Source: Candidatus Multivoradales bacterium (lineage in GTDB: Bacteria > Acidobacteriota > Thermoanaerobaculia > Multivoradales > J023). Taken from it: a stretch of DNA of 64,000 bases. The DNA lies in NCBI GenBank assembly GCA_965248925.1, contig CBDFLE010000006.1, positions 3,904,001-3,968,000 of the forward strand, given 5' to 3'. Of the stretch, positions 11,013-20,911 are shown piece by piece. The notes beneath the pieces were generated by a model. It was given only the letters and a program-made list of their open reading frames with translations. It was not told where the DNA came from and made no database searches. Each line of letters begins with the position of its first letter. The first letter of the stretch is position 1. Made by a program: the position numbers and the translations under genes.

Positions 11013-12314
11013 TCAAAAAACTCTTGCGTGGCGGTGTGGATCGGCGGTACTGCTGAGTTCGGCGGTGAGATCGAGGGTCGCCGTATTGCCGGCGGTGTCG
11101 GCGCCTCCGACGGCCAGTTCGGTAGTTCCTTCGAGCAGTTGAAGTGGCAGCCGCCAGTGGCCGGCGTCGGCGGTCGGAGTGGTATCCAGCCTGAGTACCT
11201 GGCCATCGCTCCTTCGGGCCGCGATCCACGGCTGGGGGCCTTGGAGCGGTGCGGAGGCCGACAGGAGGATGCCAGCTGGATCGCGCCGTGCCGCGAATCG
11301 TAGGGCCCGGCGCTCGCCGCCAGTGAGTTGGCGAATGGCCTCAGCGGCCGCGGCGTTGCACACCTCGATCTCGGGATAGCGGCGAGCTTGTTGATCGATC
11401 TGCTGCATGCCCAGCTTGATCTGCTCGGCCATATTTTTGTAGTCGTGGGTGAAGAATGAAATGTAGCTATCATGGCCAGCACGCGCACGCTGGAACGCGG
11501 CCTCGATCTCCGCAGTTCGGAACCAACCGTTTTCAATCGACAGGCTACGGGCCAACTTCCGATGCTGATCGCCAGGTCGTTGCACCTGATCCGCGCTTGG
11601 CGTGTAGAGAGTCCACTCTGTCGGCGCTCGTGACCAATTGAAGTTGGAGCCCCGCTGAGGTGCCCGGTTGGAGAAATCAAAAGGCATCCAGCGTTCCAAC
11701 CATCTGGAACCAGCAGCGTCTTCCCAAGTGTTGCCCGCACGATAGCAGGAGGGGAAATGGTTTCGTTCGAGGACCAGGCGGGAAAGGACTTCCTCGTACA
11801 GCGGAAAATGGTTCCAATCGCGGTTGCTGCTTTCGACGTTGCCCGGCAGCACATGGTGGTAGTGCCAGTAGATCTGGTCGCCGAGGCCGCGCTTTCCGAA
11901 CTCGTCGACCCAATCGCGGTAGCGGTCATAAACCTGGTGAAAGCCCAAGGCGCGGCCACGGGCGGAGTGCTCAGCGCCGACCCAATGGACCACGAACCAA
12001 CTGAGCACCAGCGGCCGCCCCGCCGAGTCGGCGAAGCGGTGCCGCAACTCGGCGGCTGAACTCTGTTCGACCTCCTGCGCGATCGCTGACCAGTCGCGGT
12101 TCTTGCACCACTGGCAGGGCCCTTCGGTATCGATGTTGACCACCACGAAGAGTCGCCCCGGGGTGTCGCTGGCCGGTTTTCTGCGGGCCTCCCGCTGGCT
12201 TCGCTCAAGGTCGCGCAAGTAGCGCTCATGGCGCCGCTTCCAGGTCCGCCGCTGGTTGCCCCGCCACAGCTGGCCGAGGCGACTGCGCAGGGCTCGTAGG
12301 GGCCGCCGGCTCAT
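11013..12314 (-). CDS. Hypothetical protein, possibly polysaccharide-deacetylase-like
   Basis: VNIDTEGP, WHYHH, YRAG, FTHD motifs resemble the CE4/GH57-type barrel. Overlaps the neuA stop. Confidence 0.55.
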   Translation of the reverse strand: MSRRPLRALRSRLGQLWRGNQRRTWKRRHERYLRDLERSQREARRKPASDTPGRLFVVVNIDTEGPCQWCKNRDWSAIAQEVEQSSAAELRHRFADSAGRPLVLSWFVVHWVGAEHSARGRALGFHQVYDRYRDWVDEFGKRGLGDQIYWHYHHVLPGNVESSNRDWNHFPLYEEVLSRLVLERNHFPSCYRAGNTWEDAAGSRWLERWMPFDFSNRAPQRGSNFNWSRAPTEWTLYTPSADQVQRPGDQHRKLARSLSIENGWFRTAEIEAAFQRARAGHDSYISFFTHDYKNMAEQIKLGMQQIDQQARRYPEIEVCNAAAAEAIRQLTGGERRALRFAARRDPAGILLSASAPLQGPQPWIAARRSDGQVLRLDTTPTADAGHWRLPLQLLEGTTELAVGGADTAGNTATLDLTAELSSTADPHRHARVF

Positions 12315-13018
12315 GCCGAACTCCGAACCAGATCCGCCAACAGCAGCTCCGCCAGCTTGAGGTCGAAAGCGTCGTTGATGTCGATCGAGCGCTCGCGGGG
12401 CATCAGGTGGGCGCGGCTGTCGGCGCCCAGTAGGTCGCCGGTTTCGATCGTCTGCCGGCGGCTGGCGTAGACCGAGCCATTGCGGATGTAGATCGGCGGC
12501 AGCTGATGCTCGGCCATCCGCCCGGTTTCTTCTTCGAGGTAGGGCCGCAGGCGGTCGCCGTCCAAGGTCTTGAGCTTCAGCGGGTGGATAGCGTGCTCCA
12601 GGCGCTGCACCGTGACTGCTGAATCAGCGCCACTGCGGCAGAGCAACTCGACGGTCCGGTCGATATCTTTGGCCAGGGTCAGGGGGGAGGTCGGCTGGAC
12701 GATAACGACCGCTTCGAAGGGTTCGGCGTCAGCCTCATTCTCCACGGTCTCGAGAGCATGTCGCACATAGTCGATTGCGGGCGAACGGTCCGCGGCCAGC
12801 GTTGGCGGCCTTTCGATCGGCACAACAGAAGCAAACTTGCTGGCGATCTCCAGCACCCGTGGATCGTCCGACGAAACCACCAACTGGTCGATCGTGGTGG
12901 CCTGGCTGGCGGCTTCGATGGCATAGCGGACCAGCGGCTTGCCAGCCAGCAGTCGCAGGTTCTTCGCCGCCAGGCGCTTCGAACCGGCGCGTGCCGGGAC
13001 GATTCCGAGGGTTCTCAT
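12311..13018 (-). CDS. neuA: Acylneuraminate (CMP-nonulosonate) cytidylyltransferase
   Basis: IVPARAGSKRLAAKN, QPTSPL, NGSVY, SIDIND motifs. Confidence 0.93.
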   Translation of the reverse strand: MRTLGIVPARAGSKRLAAKNLRLLAGKPLVRYAIEAASQATTIDQLVVSSDDPRVLEIASKFASVVPIERPPTLAADRSPAIDYVRHALETVENEADAEPFEAVVIVQPTSPLTLAKDIDRTVELLCRSGADSAVTVQRLEHAIHPLKLKTLDGDRLRPYLEEETGRMAEHQLPPIYIRNGSVYASRRQTIETGDLLGADSRAHLMPRERSIDINDAFDLKLAELLLADLVRSSA

Positions 13019-13028
13019 CCCGAGTTCC

Positions 13029-14003
13029 TCACGAAGCCGACCTCGCTGGCGGTTGATCGGCGATCCAGCGGGCCAGTTTCTGGGCCATGAAGATCTCGGT
13101 CTTGCGCATCGAGTCGAGAGTGGCGCCGCCGATGTGTGGGGTGATCAGCAGTTTGGAGTTCTCAGCGGCCAAGTCGATCAAGGCTTGCCGGGTCGGGTCC
13201 TCGGCTTGGCGTTCGCCGGGCACCACATCGAGAGCCGCGCCGGCCAGCCGGCCGTCGCGCAGTCCGGCCAGCAGCGCCTGGCCGTCGATCAGGTCGCCAC
13301 GAGCGGTGTTGACCAGCACCGCTCCGGTTGGCAAGAGGGCCAGTTGCTCGGCGCCGATCATGCCCGCAGTAAGCTCGTCGAGAGGGGCGTGTAGGGAGAG
13401 CACGTCGCAGTGGGGAAGCAAGGATTCCAAGCTGGTTCGCAGGCGCACTCCTGGTGGCGCCTCGACCGGCGCCGGATCGTAGGCTTCTACCCGCATACTA
13501 AATGCCAGGCCGTAGCGGGCGACCATCTGGCCCAGGCGGCCCAGGCCGACGATTCCCAAGCGCCTGCCGGCCAACTCCCGACCGCGAAACCGGTCGCGCT
13601 GCCAGCCGCCGGCAGCCACGTGGTTGGCCGCTTGCGGTATCTTGCGCAGCAGGCTCAAGAGCAGCGCCCAGGTGTGCTCGGCGGTGGCGGTTACGGTGCG
13701 CAGAAAGGCGCTTTCGCCGCGCAGCGACAGCACCGCGATACTGGCCGCGGCGGCCGCTTTCAGGTCGATGTGATCGAGGCCGGTAGTGGCGGTGACGATG
13801 GCTAAGAGTTGTCTACCGTGGGCCAAGAGTTCAGCGTCCACCTGCTGCCCCAGGCGGACGATCAGCACCTCGAAAGAGCCGAGCCGAGCGATCAACTGTT
13901 GCCGGTCGAACTCTTCCTCGTGCAGCTCGGCCACGCTGCGCAGGATCTGCCGAGCTTGCTCCGAGTAGCCTGCCGGCTCAGCATTGAGAATCCGCATCAG
14001 CAA
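13029..14003 (-). CDS. D-isomer-specific 2-hydroxyacid dehydrogenase (SerA-like)
   Basis: GIVGLGRLG, LVNTARG, GAALDV, ITPHIGG motifs. Confidence 0.9.
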   Translation of the reverse strand: MLMRILNAEPAGYSEQARQILRSVAELHEEEFDRQQLIARLGSFEVLIVRLGQQVDAELLAHGRQLLAIVTATTGLDHIDLKAAAAASIAVLSLRGESAFLRTVTATAEHTWALLLSLLRKIPQAANHVAAGGWQRDRFRGRELAGRRLGIVGLGRLGQMVARYGLAFSMRVEAYDPAPVEAPPGVRLRTSLESLLPHCDVLSLHAPLDELTAGMIGAEQLALLPTGAVLVNTARGDLIDGQALLAGLRDGRLAGAALDVVPGERQAEDPTRQALIDLAAENSKLLITPHIGGATLDSMRKTEIFMAQKLARWIADQPPARSAS

Positions 14004-14006
14004 TAC

Positions 14007-15161
14007 TCAGAAGGTCAGACGCTTGTGGGTTTCGAGCGCGCATTCGGCCAGCGCAGAGGCGATGCGGCGGCCGCCGGAGCCATCGCCATAGAGCGGGTCC
14101 GAGGCTGGTCTGGGATTGCTTAGTTGTTGCTGGATCGCGGTCTCGATAGCCTCAGCGTTGTAGTCCACGTCGAGCACGTTGGGACCACGCTCGCGGCCCT
14201 GCTGGCGACTGCCGATGTTGATCGCCGGAATGCCCAAGAACGAGGCTTCGCGGATCGCCACGCTGGAATTCCCCACCAGGCAGCGACAGCCGTGGATCAG
14301 CCGCAGGAAATCGATCGGTGTCATGTTTTTGAAAAAATGCAGTGGCGCTGCCGGAAGCAACTCGCGATAGGCCCGCAAGCCCTCCGAGGTGCCGTCTGAG
14401 CCGGCGTCGACATTGGGCCAGAACCACAGGGCTGGTAGGGCGATCCGCTCTATGGCGCGCAGGGTCTGCTCGACATGTTGCCGCGCTTGCTGATGCTCGT
14501 CGGTCACCGGGTGTTGCATCACCACCAGGTAGCCCGCCGTCAGGTCGGGTCGTGGGCCGACACCGCCGTATTTCTGATAGGGATCGAAATCGAGTCCCGG
14601 ATGCTGGAGCACTTCGGTGGCCAGGTCGATCGACGGGCAGCCGGTGACGTGGATCGACTCCCGGCGCTCGCCCATGCGTTCCACTCGCTCGGCGGCCTTG
14701 GCGGTCGAGACCAAGTGGATATTGGCTAGTTTAGTCACTGCGTGGCGCACCTTCTCGTCGATCGAGCCGGTGACCTCGCCACCTTGGACGTGGGCCAGGG
14801 GTAGATTCATGAAGGAGGCGGCGATGGCGGTGGCGATGGTTTCGTAGCGGTCGGCGATGGTCACCACCACGTCGGGTCGCAGATTGTCGAAGACGGTGGC
14901 CAGTTCCACCAAGCCTAGGCCGGTGGATTTGGCCGAGGTCACCAGGTTCTCGCCTTCGAGGATCATGAACACTCGGGCGGCGATCTCAAAGCCGTCCCGC
15001 TCGATCACCTGCACCGCGTTGCCGTAGCGATCAAGCAAGGCCGAGGCCGCCACCACCAGCTGCAGCTCAAGCTCGGGGTGCGAGCGTATTGCCTGGAGTG
15101 CCGTCTTGATCCGCGAATAGCTTGGCCGGGCGGTGACCACCACGCATACCTTGCGCATCAA
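14007..15161 (-). CDS. neuC: UDP-N-acetylglucosamine 2-epimerase (hydrolysing)
   Basis: DRYE, HVQGGEVTGSIDEKVRHAVTKLA, GNSS, IGSRQQGRE motifs. Confidence 0.93.
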   Translation of the reverse strand: MMRKVCVVVTARPSYSRIKTALQAIRSHPELELQLVVAASALLDRYGNAVQVIERDGFEIAARVFMILEGENLVTSAKSTGLGLVELATVFDNLRPDVVVTIADRYETIATAIAASFMNLPLAHVQGGEVTGSIDEKVRHAVTKLANIHLVSTAKAAERVERMGERRESIHVTGCPSIDLATEVLQHPGLDFDPYQKYGGVGPRPDLTAGYLVVMQHPVTDEHQQARQHVEQTLRAIERIALPALWFWPNVDAGSDGTSEGLRAYRELLPAAPLHFFKNMTPIDFLRLIHGCRCLVGNSSVAIREASFLGIPAINIGSRQQGRERGPNVLDVDYNAEAIETAIQQQLSNPRPASDPLYGDGSGGRRIASALAECALETHKRLTF

Positions 15162-16240
15162 GCTGGCTCCAATGCGGGTTCGAGGGCTGGTTCTAGGTCG
15201 TCGGCGGCCAGCAGCTGGTCATGGCTGAGGGGCCGCAGCAGGCGTCGGCCGAGAACCTCTTCGAGGCGCTCGGCGGGGAGTCCGTTGCCGGGCTTCTTGG
15301 CTGCCAGATGAGTAGCTTCGAGCACTGTTCCGGCTGCCAGGTCGCCGCGAGCCACCAGGCTCTTGGTGAACAGACGCCGCATTTCGCCCAGGGCGGCGGC
15401 TGTTTGATCTTTGTCGAGAGGATGGTTGCGGGCTGCTTCGATAAAACGAATGCCGTCGACCAACTGGCGCAGTTCGGCGGTGGTGACCGAAGCCGCGACA
15501 TCGGGACCGAACATTTCGCGACTCAAGGTGACGTGCAACTCAAGGATCTCACAGCCCAAAGCGGCGGCGGCGAGGCCGGGATAGATGGTGCCGGAATGAT
15601 CTGACAAGCCGGCCGGGCAGTCGTAGCGTTGGCGCGTCTCGCCGATCAGGTTGAGTCCTACTTTCTCCGCCGGACACGGGTAGGCCGAGGTGCATTGCAG
15701 GACGGCCAGCGGCGCGCCGGCCGCGCGCACAATTGCGGCTGCCGCATCGAGTTCGCTCCACGGGCTCATGCCTGAGGAGAGGATGACCGGCTTGCCGGTG
15801 GCGGCCATTTTCTCTAGCAAAGGGCGACTGGCGACTTCGCCGCTGGCCACTTTCCAGGCGGCAATGTCGAGCTCGCTGAGCAACTCGACGGCAGCGTCTG
15901 AGAATGGCGAGCTGAGGAAGATTAGGCCGAGATCCTCTGCGTGGTTCTTCAGCTCCCGCCATTGGTCGGCGCTGAATTCCATTCGCCGCCAATAGGCGTA
16001 GCGGCTTGCGTCCTGAGTGCTGAAACGCACTCTCCAAGGCTCCGACGGAGTGCTTTCGGCTGCCGCGATGTGGGTCTGCAGTTTTACCGCATCGGCGCCA
16101 GCTCTAGCAATGGCGGCGATGAAGGCGTGAGCCTGGCCGAGGCTTCCGTCGTGCGTTTGGGCGATCTCGGCGATCACCAAGCAGGGCAGGTCGGTGCCAA
16201 TCGAGCGGTTGGCGAGTTTGAATTCGGTGCAAGTCTGCAT
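15158..16240 (-). CDS. neuB: N-acetylneuraminate synthase family with C-terminal SAF domain
   Basis: IAEIAQTHDGS, KLQTH, QCTSAYPCP, GLSDHSG, KKPGNG motifs. Start MQTCTEF at 16240. Confidence 0.93.
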   Translation of the reverse strand: MQTCTEFKLANRSIGTDLPCLVIAEIAQTHDGSLGQAHAFIAAIARAGADAVKLQTHIAAAESTPSEPWRVRFSTQDASRYAYWRRMEFSADQWRELKNHAEDLGLIFLSSPFSDAAVELLSELDIAAWKVASGEVASRPLLEKMAATGKPVILSSGMSPWSELDAAAAIVRAAGAPLAVLQCTSAYPCPAEKVGLNLIGETRQRYDCPAGLSDHSGTIYPGLAAAALGCEILELHVTLSREMFGPDVAASVTTAELRQLVDGIRFIEAARNHPLDKDQTAAALGEMRRLFTKSLVARGDLAAGTVLEATHLAAKKPGNGLPAERLEEVLGRRLLRPLSHDQLLAADDLEPALEPALEPA

Positions 16241-16274
16241 GGTGGTTGGGATCTCGAGCGGTCCGAGCTGGGGG

Positions 16275-17783
16275 CTAGGGGTTGTTCCCCAGAATCCGGA
16301 CGGCAATCTCGTCGACATAGTCAGATCGTTGCAACCGAGGCAAGACCTGTCGCAGCTCGCTGGCGGCGCGTTCTTGCTGGCCGCTCTCGAAAAGGGCCAC
16401 TGCAAAATAGAAGCGCAGGGCGGCCCGCTGTGGCCGGGCACGGTCGAAGTAGCGGGCAGCGGCGGCGAATCTGGAATCGCGGTAGGCCAGCTCGCCAGCG
16501 ATGTGCAGCGCCTCGCTATTGAGTGGCAGGCGGCTGGCGAGGCCCAGGCCACGATCTGTGAGGCGACTTAATTGATCAGGGTCGTTGATCGAGCCGGCTC
16601 GTTGTAGCAGTTGGCGCAGCTCGTTCAGGGTGGCCTCGATTCGGGGATCGGTGCTCGCGCTGGGCTGGGTCGGCGGTGGTGGTGCCGCGGTGGGTGTAGT
16701 GGTGGTGGAGCCAACCGTGGACTCGACTGAGAATTCGAGGGTGGACTCGGCGCTGGCCGCGGTTGGCGGATCGCTATTTTGGGATGGCAGATCGGCCCCC
16801 ATGGTTGCCGCTGGGCGTGCCGCCTCCAGGGCATCACCGGCGGCTGGTGGGGCCACATCGAGGGGCGCGATCTGCCCCTCAGTGGGCTCTTCGGTGGCGG
16901 CGGCAAGCTGCTTCCGGGCCGTTCTTGCTAACCGGCGAAAGGTCTTTTTCCTCTGCAAGGCGGCGGGCAACTGGTCGTAGAACTGGCTGGCACCGGCGTA
17001 CTCGCCGACCGCTAGCAGGCAGCTGAGCCGCTCTTCCGCTAGCTGTGTGTCGCTGCTCGGGTCACCGCAGCTCGCTAGCTCGGGCAGGGCTTCGGCGCAG
17101 CGCCCGAGGGTGCTCAGGGCTCGGCCACGTAGGCAGCGTCCGGTGGAGTCTTCCGCGCTGGGCGCCAGGCCCTCGAAGGCGGCCAGGGCGGCGCTGCTAT
17201 TGCCCGCCGCTAATTCCAATTCGGCGAGGGCTCGGCGCCACTTCGGATCGCCGGCCGCGATGGCTATCTGCTGCTGCAGCGCCGCCCGCCGGCCACCGGT
17301 GTCGAGCCCGAGCAGCTCGGTTTCGAGCATTTCTCGGGCGATCGGCGCGAAAGCCGCCAATCCGCGCAGGGTGTCGCGGGGTACCCAACGGATGACCACC
17401 TCGGTGAAGGCTTGGTGGAAGGCAGGCGGCGGTTGTGCCGCGGAGTAGCCGCCGAAGAGTTCTTCGACTTCCAGCAGCCGGCCGAAGGTGCTGTTGAAGG
17501 CATCGCGTTGGTCAAGCTGGCCCTGAGTCGCCGCCAGCCGCACCAGGCAGTCGGCCAGTGCCGTAGGCTCGTCGAGCAGGCCAAAACAAGCGAGCCGCAG
17601 GTGCTGGGCGGCGCCTACTAAATCACCACTGTCGTAGGCCAGGCTACCCCGACGCAGCAAGCCGTTGTAGAAGGCGTCGGCAGCATTGGCCGCGGGCGGT
17701 AGGCTGACCATGAAGGTCAGGAGGACTCCCGTTGCCAAGGGCAGGGGGGCTAGTCGATATCGCATGCTGGTGGGTCCCTTCAA
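16275..17783 (-). CDS. Secreted TPR-repeat protein
   Basis: Signal peptide, TPR-like helices, Pro/Thr-rich linker. Confidence 0.7.
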   Translation of the reverse strand: MKGPTSMRYRLAPLPLATGVLLTFMVSLPPAANAADAFYNGLLRRGSLAYDSGDLVGAAQHLRLACFGLLDEPTALADCLVRLAATQGQLDQRDAFNSTFGRLLEVEELFGGYSAAQPPPAFHQAFTEVVIRWVPRDTLRGLAAFAPIAREMLETELLGLDTGGRRAALQQQIAIAAGDPKWRRALAELELAAGNSSAALAAFEGLAPSAEDSTGRCLRGRALSTLGRCAEALPELASCGDPSSDTQLAEERLSCLLAVGEYAGASQFYDQLPAALQRKKTFRRLARTARKQLAAATEEPTEGQIAPLDVAPPAAGDALEAARPAATMGADLPSQNSDPPTAASAESTLEFSVESTVGSTTTTPTAAPPPPTQPSASTDPRIEATLNELRQLLQRAGSINDPDQLSRLTDRGLGLASRLPLNSEALHIAGELAYRDSRFAAAARYFDRARPQRAALRFYFAVALFESGQQERAASELRQVLPRLQRSDYVDEIAVRILGNNP

Positions 17784-18541
17784 CGGCTTGGCTCAGACTC
17801 GGCCACGGCCAAGTTAGCGGGCAATGGGCGATCTTCTAGCACCGCGGTGGGGTTGTCGATGAAGATTCGCCGGGCTTCGCTCTCGCCCCAGTTGGCGGCA
17901 ACGAAGCCGAAGGCGTCGCTGAGTCCCGGCGGGCGCCGCTTAACCCCATGAGCATCGCTGGCGATAAAGCTCACCAGGCCGTCTTCGAGTAGCGCTGAGC
18001 ACAGTTCTCGCACCTGCCCGCCGAGCCTGCCGAGCACGCACATGGCGGTCAACTGGAGATGGGCACCGCTGTCGACTAACTCGTCGAGCAGCCGATAGTC
18101 GCGGGCCAACCATGGAATGCGTTCAGGGTGGGCGAGCACCGGCTGCCAGCCCTCGACCCGCAGCTCGTGGACCAACTCCAGCGGATCGGGCCCCAGCCCC
18201 TGGTGATGTAGTTCGAGCAACAAATAGCGCGATCCGGCCAGGGTCAGCAGGTTGCCGGCGGGGAGCTGCTCGAGCTCGCGGGCGCTCTGTGAGGAGACGG
18301 CGATCTCGCCGCCGAGGCGGACATCGATGATTCCGCGGGCGGCCAGCCGCAACTGCTGCCAGCGGCTCTCGAGATGGTCGCGGTCGTCATTGGCCCAGTG
18401 CTCATGGCGCAGATGAGGGGTTGCGACAAGCACTCGACAGCCGTCCGCCGCGGCCAGCCGACACATCTCGAGAGCTTCTTCGAGGTGGTGGGCACCGTCG
18501 TCGACACCGGGCAGCAGATGGCAGTGCAGATCGATCATCAC
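17780..18541 (-). CDS. cpsB: CpsB/CapC PHP-family tyrosine-protein phosphatase
   Basis: IDLHCHLLPGVDDG, ATPH, LAHPER, IASDAH motifs. Confidence 0.92.
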   Translation of the reverse strand: MMIDLHCHLLPGVDDGAHHLEEALEMCRLAAADGCRVLVATPHLRHEHWANDDRDHLESRWQQLRLAARGIIDVRLGGEIAVSSQSARELEQLPAGNLLTLAGSRYLLLELHHQGLGPDPLELVHELRVEGWQPVLAHPERIPWLARDYRLLDELVDSGAHLQLTAMCVLGRLGGQVRELCSALLEDGLVSFIASDAHGVKRRPPGLSDAFGFVAANWGESEARRIFIDNPTAVLEDRPLPANLAVAESEPSR

Positions 18542-18571
18542 AAGTCGATTCCGGAAAGACCCCGCCGCGCC

Positions 18572-20911
18572 CTAGGCGGCGGAAGAGTCGGCGGCTTCGC
18601 TGACCTCGGCCAGGTTCTGCTCGTAAGCACCATAGTAGTGGTAGCGCTTGGCATAGCGCGCGCTGCTGGCGCGATAGCGATTGAGCACTGTTCCCAGAAC
18701 CCGAATGTTGGAGTAAATCAGCCGATCACGGCAGGCTCGCGCGTCTTCGCGCAGTATCCCTGCTTTGGTGCAGATCACCATGCCGTCGGCGTGGGTGCCG
18801 AGGATCACCGCGTCGGCCACCGGCAAGGTGGGCGGGGTGTCGATGAGCACAAAGTCGAAGTGCTCGCTGGCTAGCCGCAGCAATTTCTTCATCCGCTCGC
18901 TGGCCAGCAGCTCGGAGGGGTTGGGAGGGACCGGGCCGCAAGGGCAGATCCACAGATCGGGTACTTGGGTTTCCTGGTAGAGCTGCTCCGGCTCTGAAGT
19001 ACCGGTGAGATAGCTCACCAAGCCGACCCGGTTCGATACCTGGAAAACCTTGTGCAGCCGTGGCCGGCGCAGGTCGCCATCGATAATCAACACCCGGCGG
19101 CCGAGCTGGGCCATGACCACTCCGAGATTGGACACCGTTGCCGTCTTGCCTTCGCTGGGCTCGGCCGAGGTCAGCGCCACCACCCGTAGCTCCTCGGCGC
19201 TGGATAGCAGCAGAGCGGTACGCAGCGAGCGATAGGCCTCGCACACCGCCAGCCGCGGCCGGTGATGGGGGAGGAGTTCGATACGAATCTTCTCGCTGAC
19301 CTCTTGTTTGGCTCCTTTCCCGCCGCGGCCGCCGGCCTGGCGCAGCTGGGTGTCGGAGTAGCCATAGCCATAGCTGTAGCCGTAGCGCTTGCTGCCAGTA
19401 TTGCGCCCCGAGAGGTTGACATCTGGAATCACCGACAGAATGGGCAGAGCCATGATTTTCTCAAGTTCTTCCGGGCTCTTCACCGTGCGGTCGAGAAACT
19501 CCAACAGGGCGATCCCAGCCAAGCCCAAAACCAAGCCGAAGAGCAGCGCCGAAGTTAGGTCGCGGCGCAGGATCGGCCGGTAGGGGTAGGCCGGCACGAT
19601 AGCACTGTCGACGATGCGAACGTTGCTGTCGCGGCTGTAGTCAACCCGCGCCACCACGTCGGTTTCGGACTGCTGCTTGAGCAGATCGACGAGCAATTCT
19701 TGCTTGGTGTCCATGGTGTCTTTGACGTTGTTGTAGTTCAACGAATCGTTGTTGAACTCAGCCATCGTCGCTTTCACCTGCCGTAGCTCTTGTTCGAGTC
19801 GAATCTGCTCGCGCCGGGCGGCATCGTATTGTGCCCGCGCTTGCGAGCGAACTTGGGCGGCGGTTTCGCGCACCAGTTGGCCAACTTCGGCGCGCTTTTC
19901 TTCGATGCTCTGCGCCAGTTCCTGCATCTTTGGCCACTGGGCGGTGAACTCCGCGGATTTGGCGGCATACTCGCCTTCGAGCTGGGCCAGTGCGGTATTG
20001 AGCTGGGTGATGCGGCCCCCCGCCTGGACGCTGGCCACTCTCCGGTCGTTCCGACTGCCGATGGTCTCGGAGATCGCCTGCTTGTTGACCCGGTCGCCAA
20101 TCACCCGATTGAGTTGTTTCTCGAGGGTTTTCTTGCGCTCCACCAAGGCTTGGCCATCCGGGTCTAGGGCAAACTCGCTGGTTACCGAGTTGCCGAGCTG
20201 GGAGAGGTCGCTCTGCAGTTGGCGGATTTCCGCTTGCAAGCTCTCGATTTGCTCGGTCAACAGTCCCGAGGCGCGGCCGACGGTGGCCGATCGCTTCTCG
20301 GCCCCCCACTCGATCAGCGCTTCGGCGAAGCCCTGAGAGATCTGGGCCGCCAGGATGGGCGAATGGGAGACAAAGGAAACACTGACCAATTGGGTGTCAC
20401 GGATCGGATCGACCTCCAGCCTGCCCTGAAGGCGCATCGCCAAGGAGGCGATCCGCGCCTGGTCTTGAGCCGCGGTGACCGCCGGGTCCCTGTCTTGGGA
20501 AGTCAGGCTATTGCCCTGACCGGTGAACAGGGGATTCTCAGCCAGTCGCAGGTTGGTCACCACCCGCTCCGCCAAGCCACGGCTGGCCAGCAGCCGGTAT
20601 TGGGTCGGGTAGTACTCCATATTCCACCAGTCTTCGAGGTAACTGTTCTGTCCCAGAGCCATCGACGACAAGCGCTTGCGCTCGATCTGCAGCAAGGTCG
20701 ACGAGCGGTATTCCTTGGTGGTCAGTGAGAATTTGACCAGCCCGTAGGCTGCCGCCACCAAACAGCACACCGCGATCAACGGCCAACGTCGGCGCAGGGC
20801 GTTGAGGTACCGATGGATATCGATGCCGTCGTCATCGCCACTGACTTCCATCTTCTGAGCTGGCGGCATCGCTTGCCGGGGCTGGAACTGAGAGGTTGGG
20901 GAGTGCATCAA
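18572..20911 (-). CDS. wzc: Polysaccharide co-polymerase / BY tyrosine kinase
   Basis: Two TM segments, periplasmic coiled coil, EAYRSLRT, Walker A PSEGKT, IDGDLRRP, IDTPP, Tyr clusters. Confidence 0.95.
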   Translation of the reverse strand: MMHSPTSQFQPRQAMPPAQKMEVSGDDDGIDIHRYLNALRRRWPLIAVCCLVAAAYGLVKFSLTTKEYRSSTLLQIERKRLSSMALGQNSYLEDWWNMEYYPTQYRLLASRGLAERVVTNLRLAENPLFTGQGNSLTSQDRDPAVTAAQDQARIASLAMRLQGRLEVDPIRDTQLVSVSFVSHSPILAAQISQGFAEALIEWGAEKRSATVGRASGLLTEQIESLQAEIRQLQSDLSQLGNSVTSEFALDPDGQALVERKKTLEKQLNRVIGDRVNKQAISETIGSRNDRRVASVQAGGRITQLNTALAQLEGEYAAKSAEFTAQWPKMQELAQSIEEKRAEVGQLVRETAAQVRSQARAQYDAARREQIRLEQELRQVKATMAEFNNDSLNYNNVKDTMDTKQELLVDLLKQQSETDVVARVDYSRDSNVRIVDSAIVPAYPYRPILRRDLTSALLFGLVLGLAGIALLEFLDRTVKSPEELEKIMALPILSVIPDVNLSGRNTGSKRYGYSYGYGYSDTQLRQAGGRGGKGAKQEVSEKIRIELLPHHRPRLAVCEAYRSLRTALLLSSAEELRVVALTSAEPSEGKTATVSNLGVVMAQLGRRVLIIDGDLRRPRLHKVFQVSNRVGLVSYLTGTSEPEQLYQETQVPDLWICPCGPVPPNPSELLASERMKKLLRLASEHFDFVLIDTPPTLPVADAVILGTHADGMVICTKAGILREDARACRDRLIYSNIRVLGTVLNRYRASSARYAKRYHYYGAYEQNLAEVSEAADSSAA

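Noticed and set aside
9944-12229. 761-aa ORF as one protein (likewise the long N-terminal extensions of 6872-9007, 15158-16552, 25990-26832, 26673-27878)
   Set aside because: The extensions overlap real neighbouring genes and are GC-rich shadow translations; true starts are internal.
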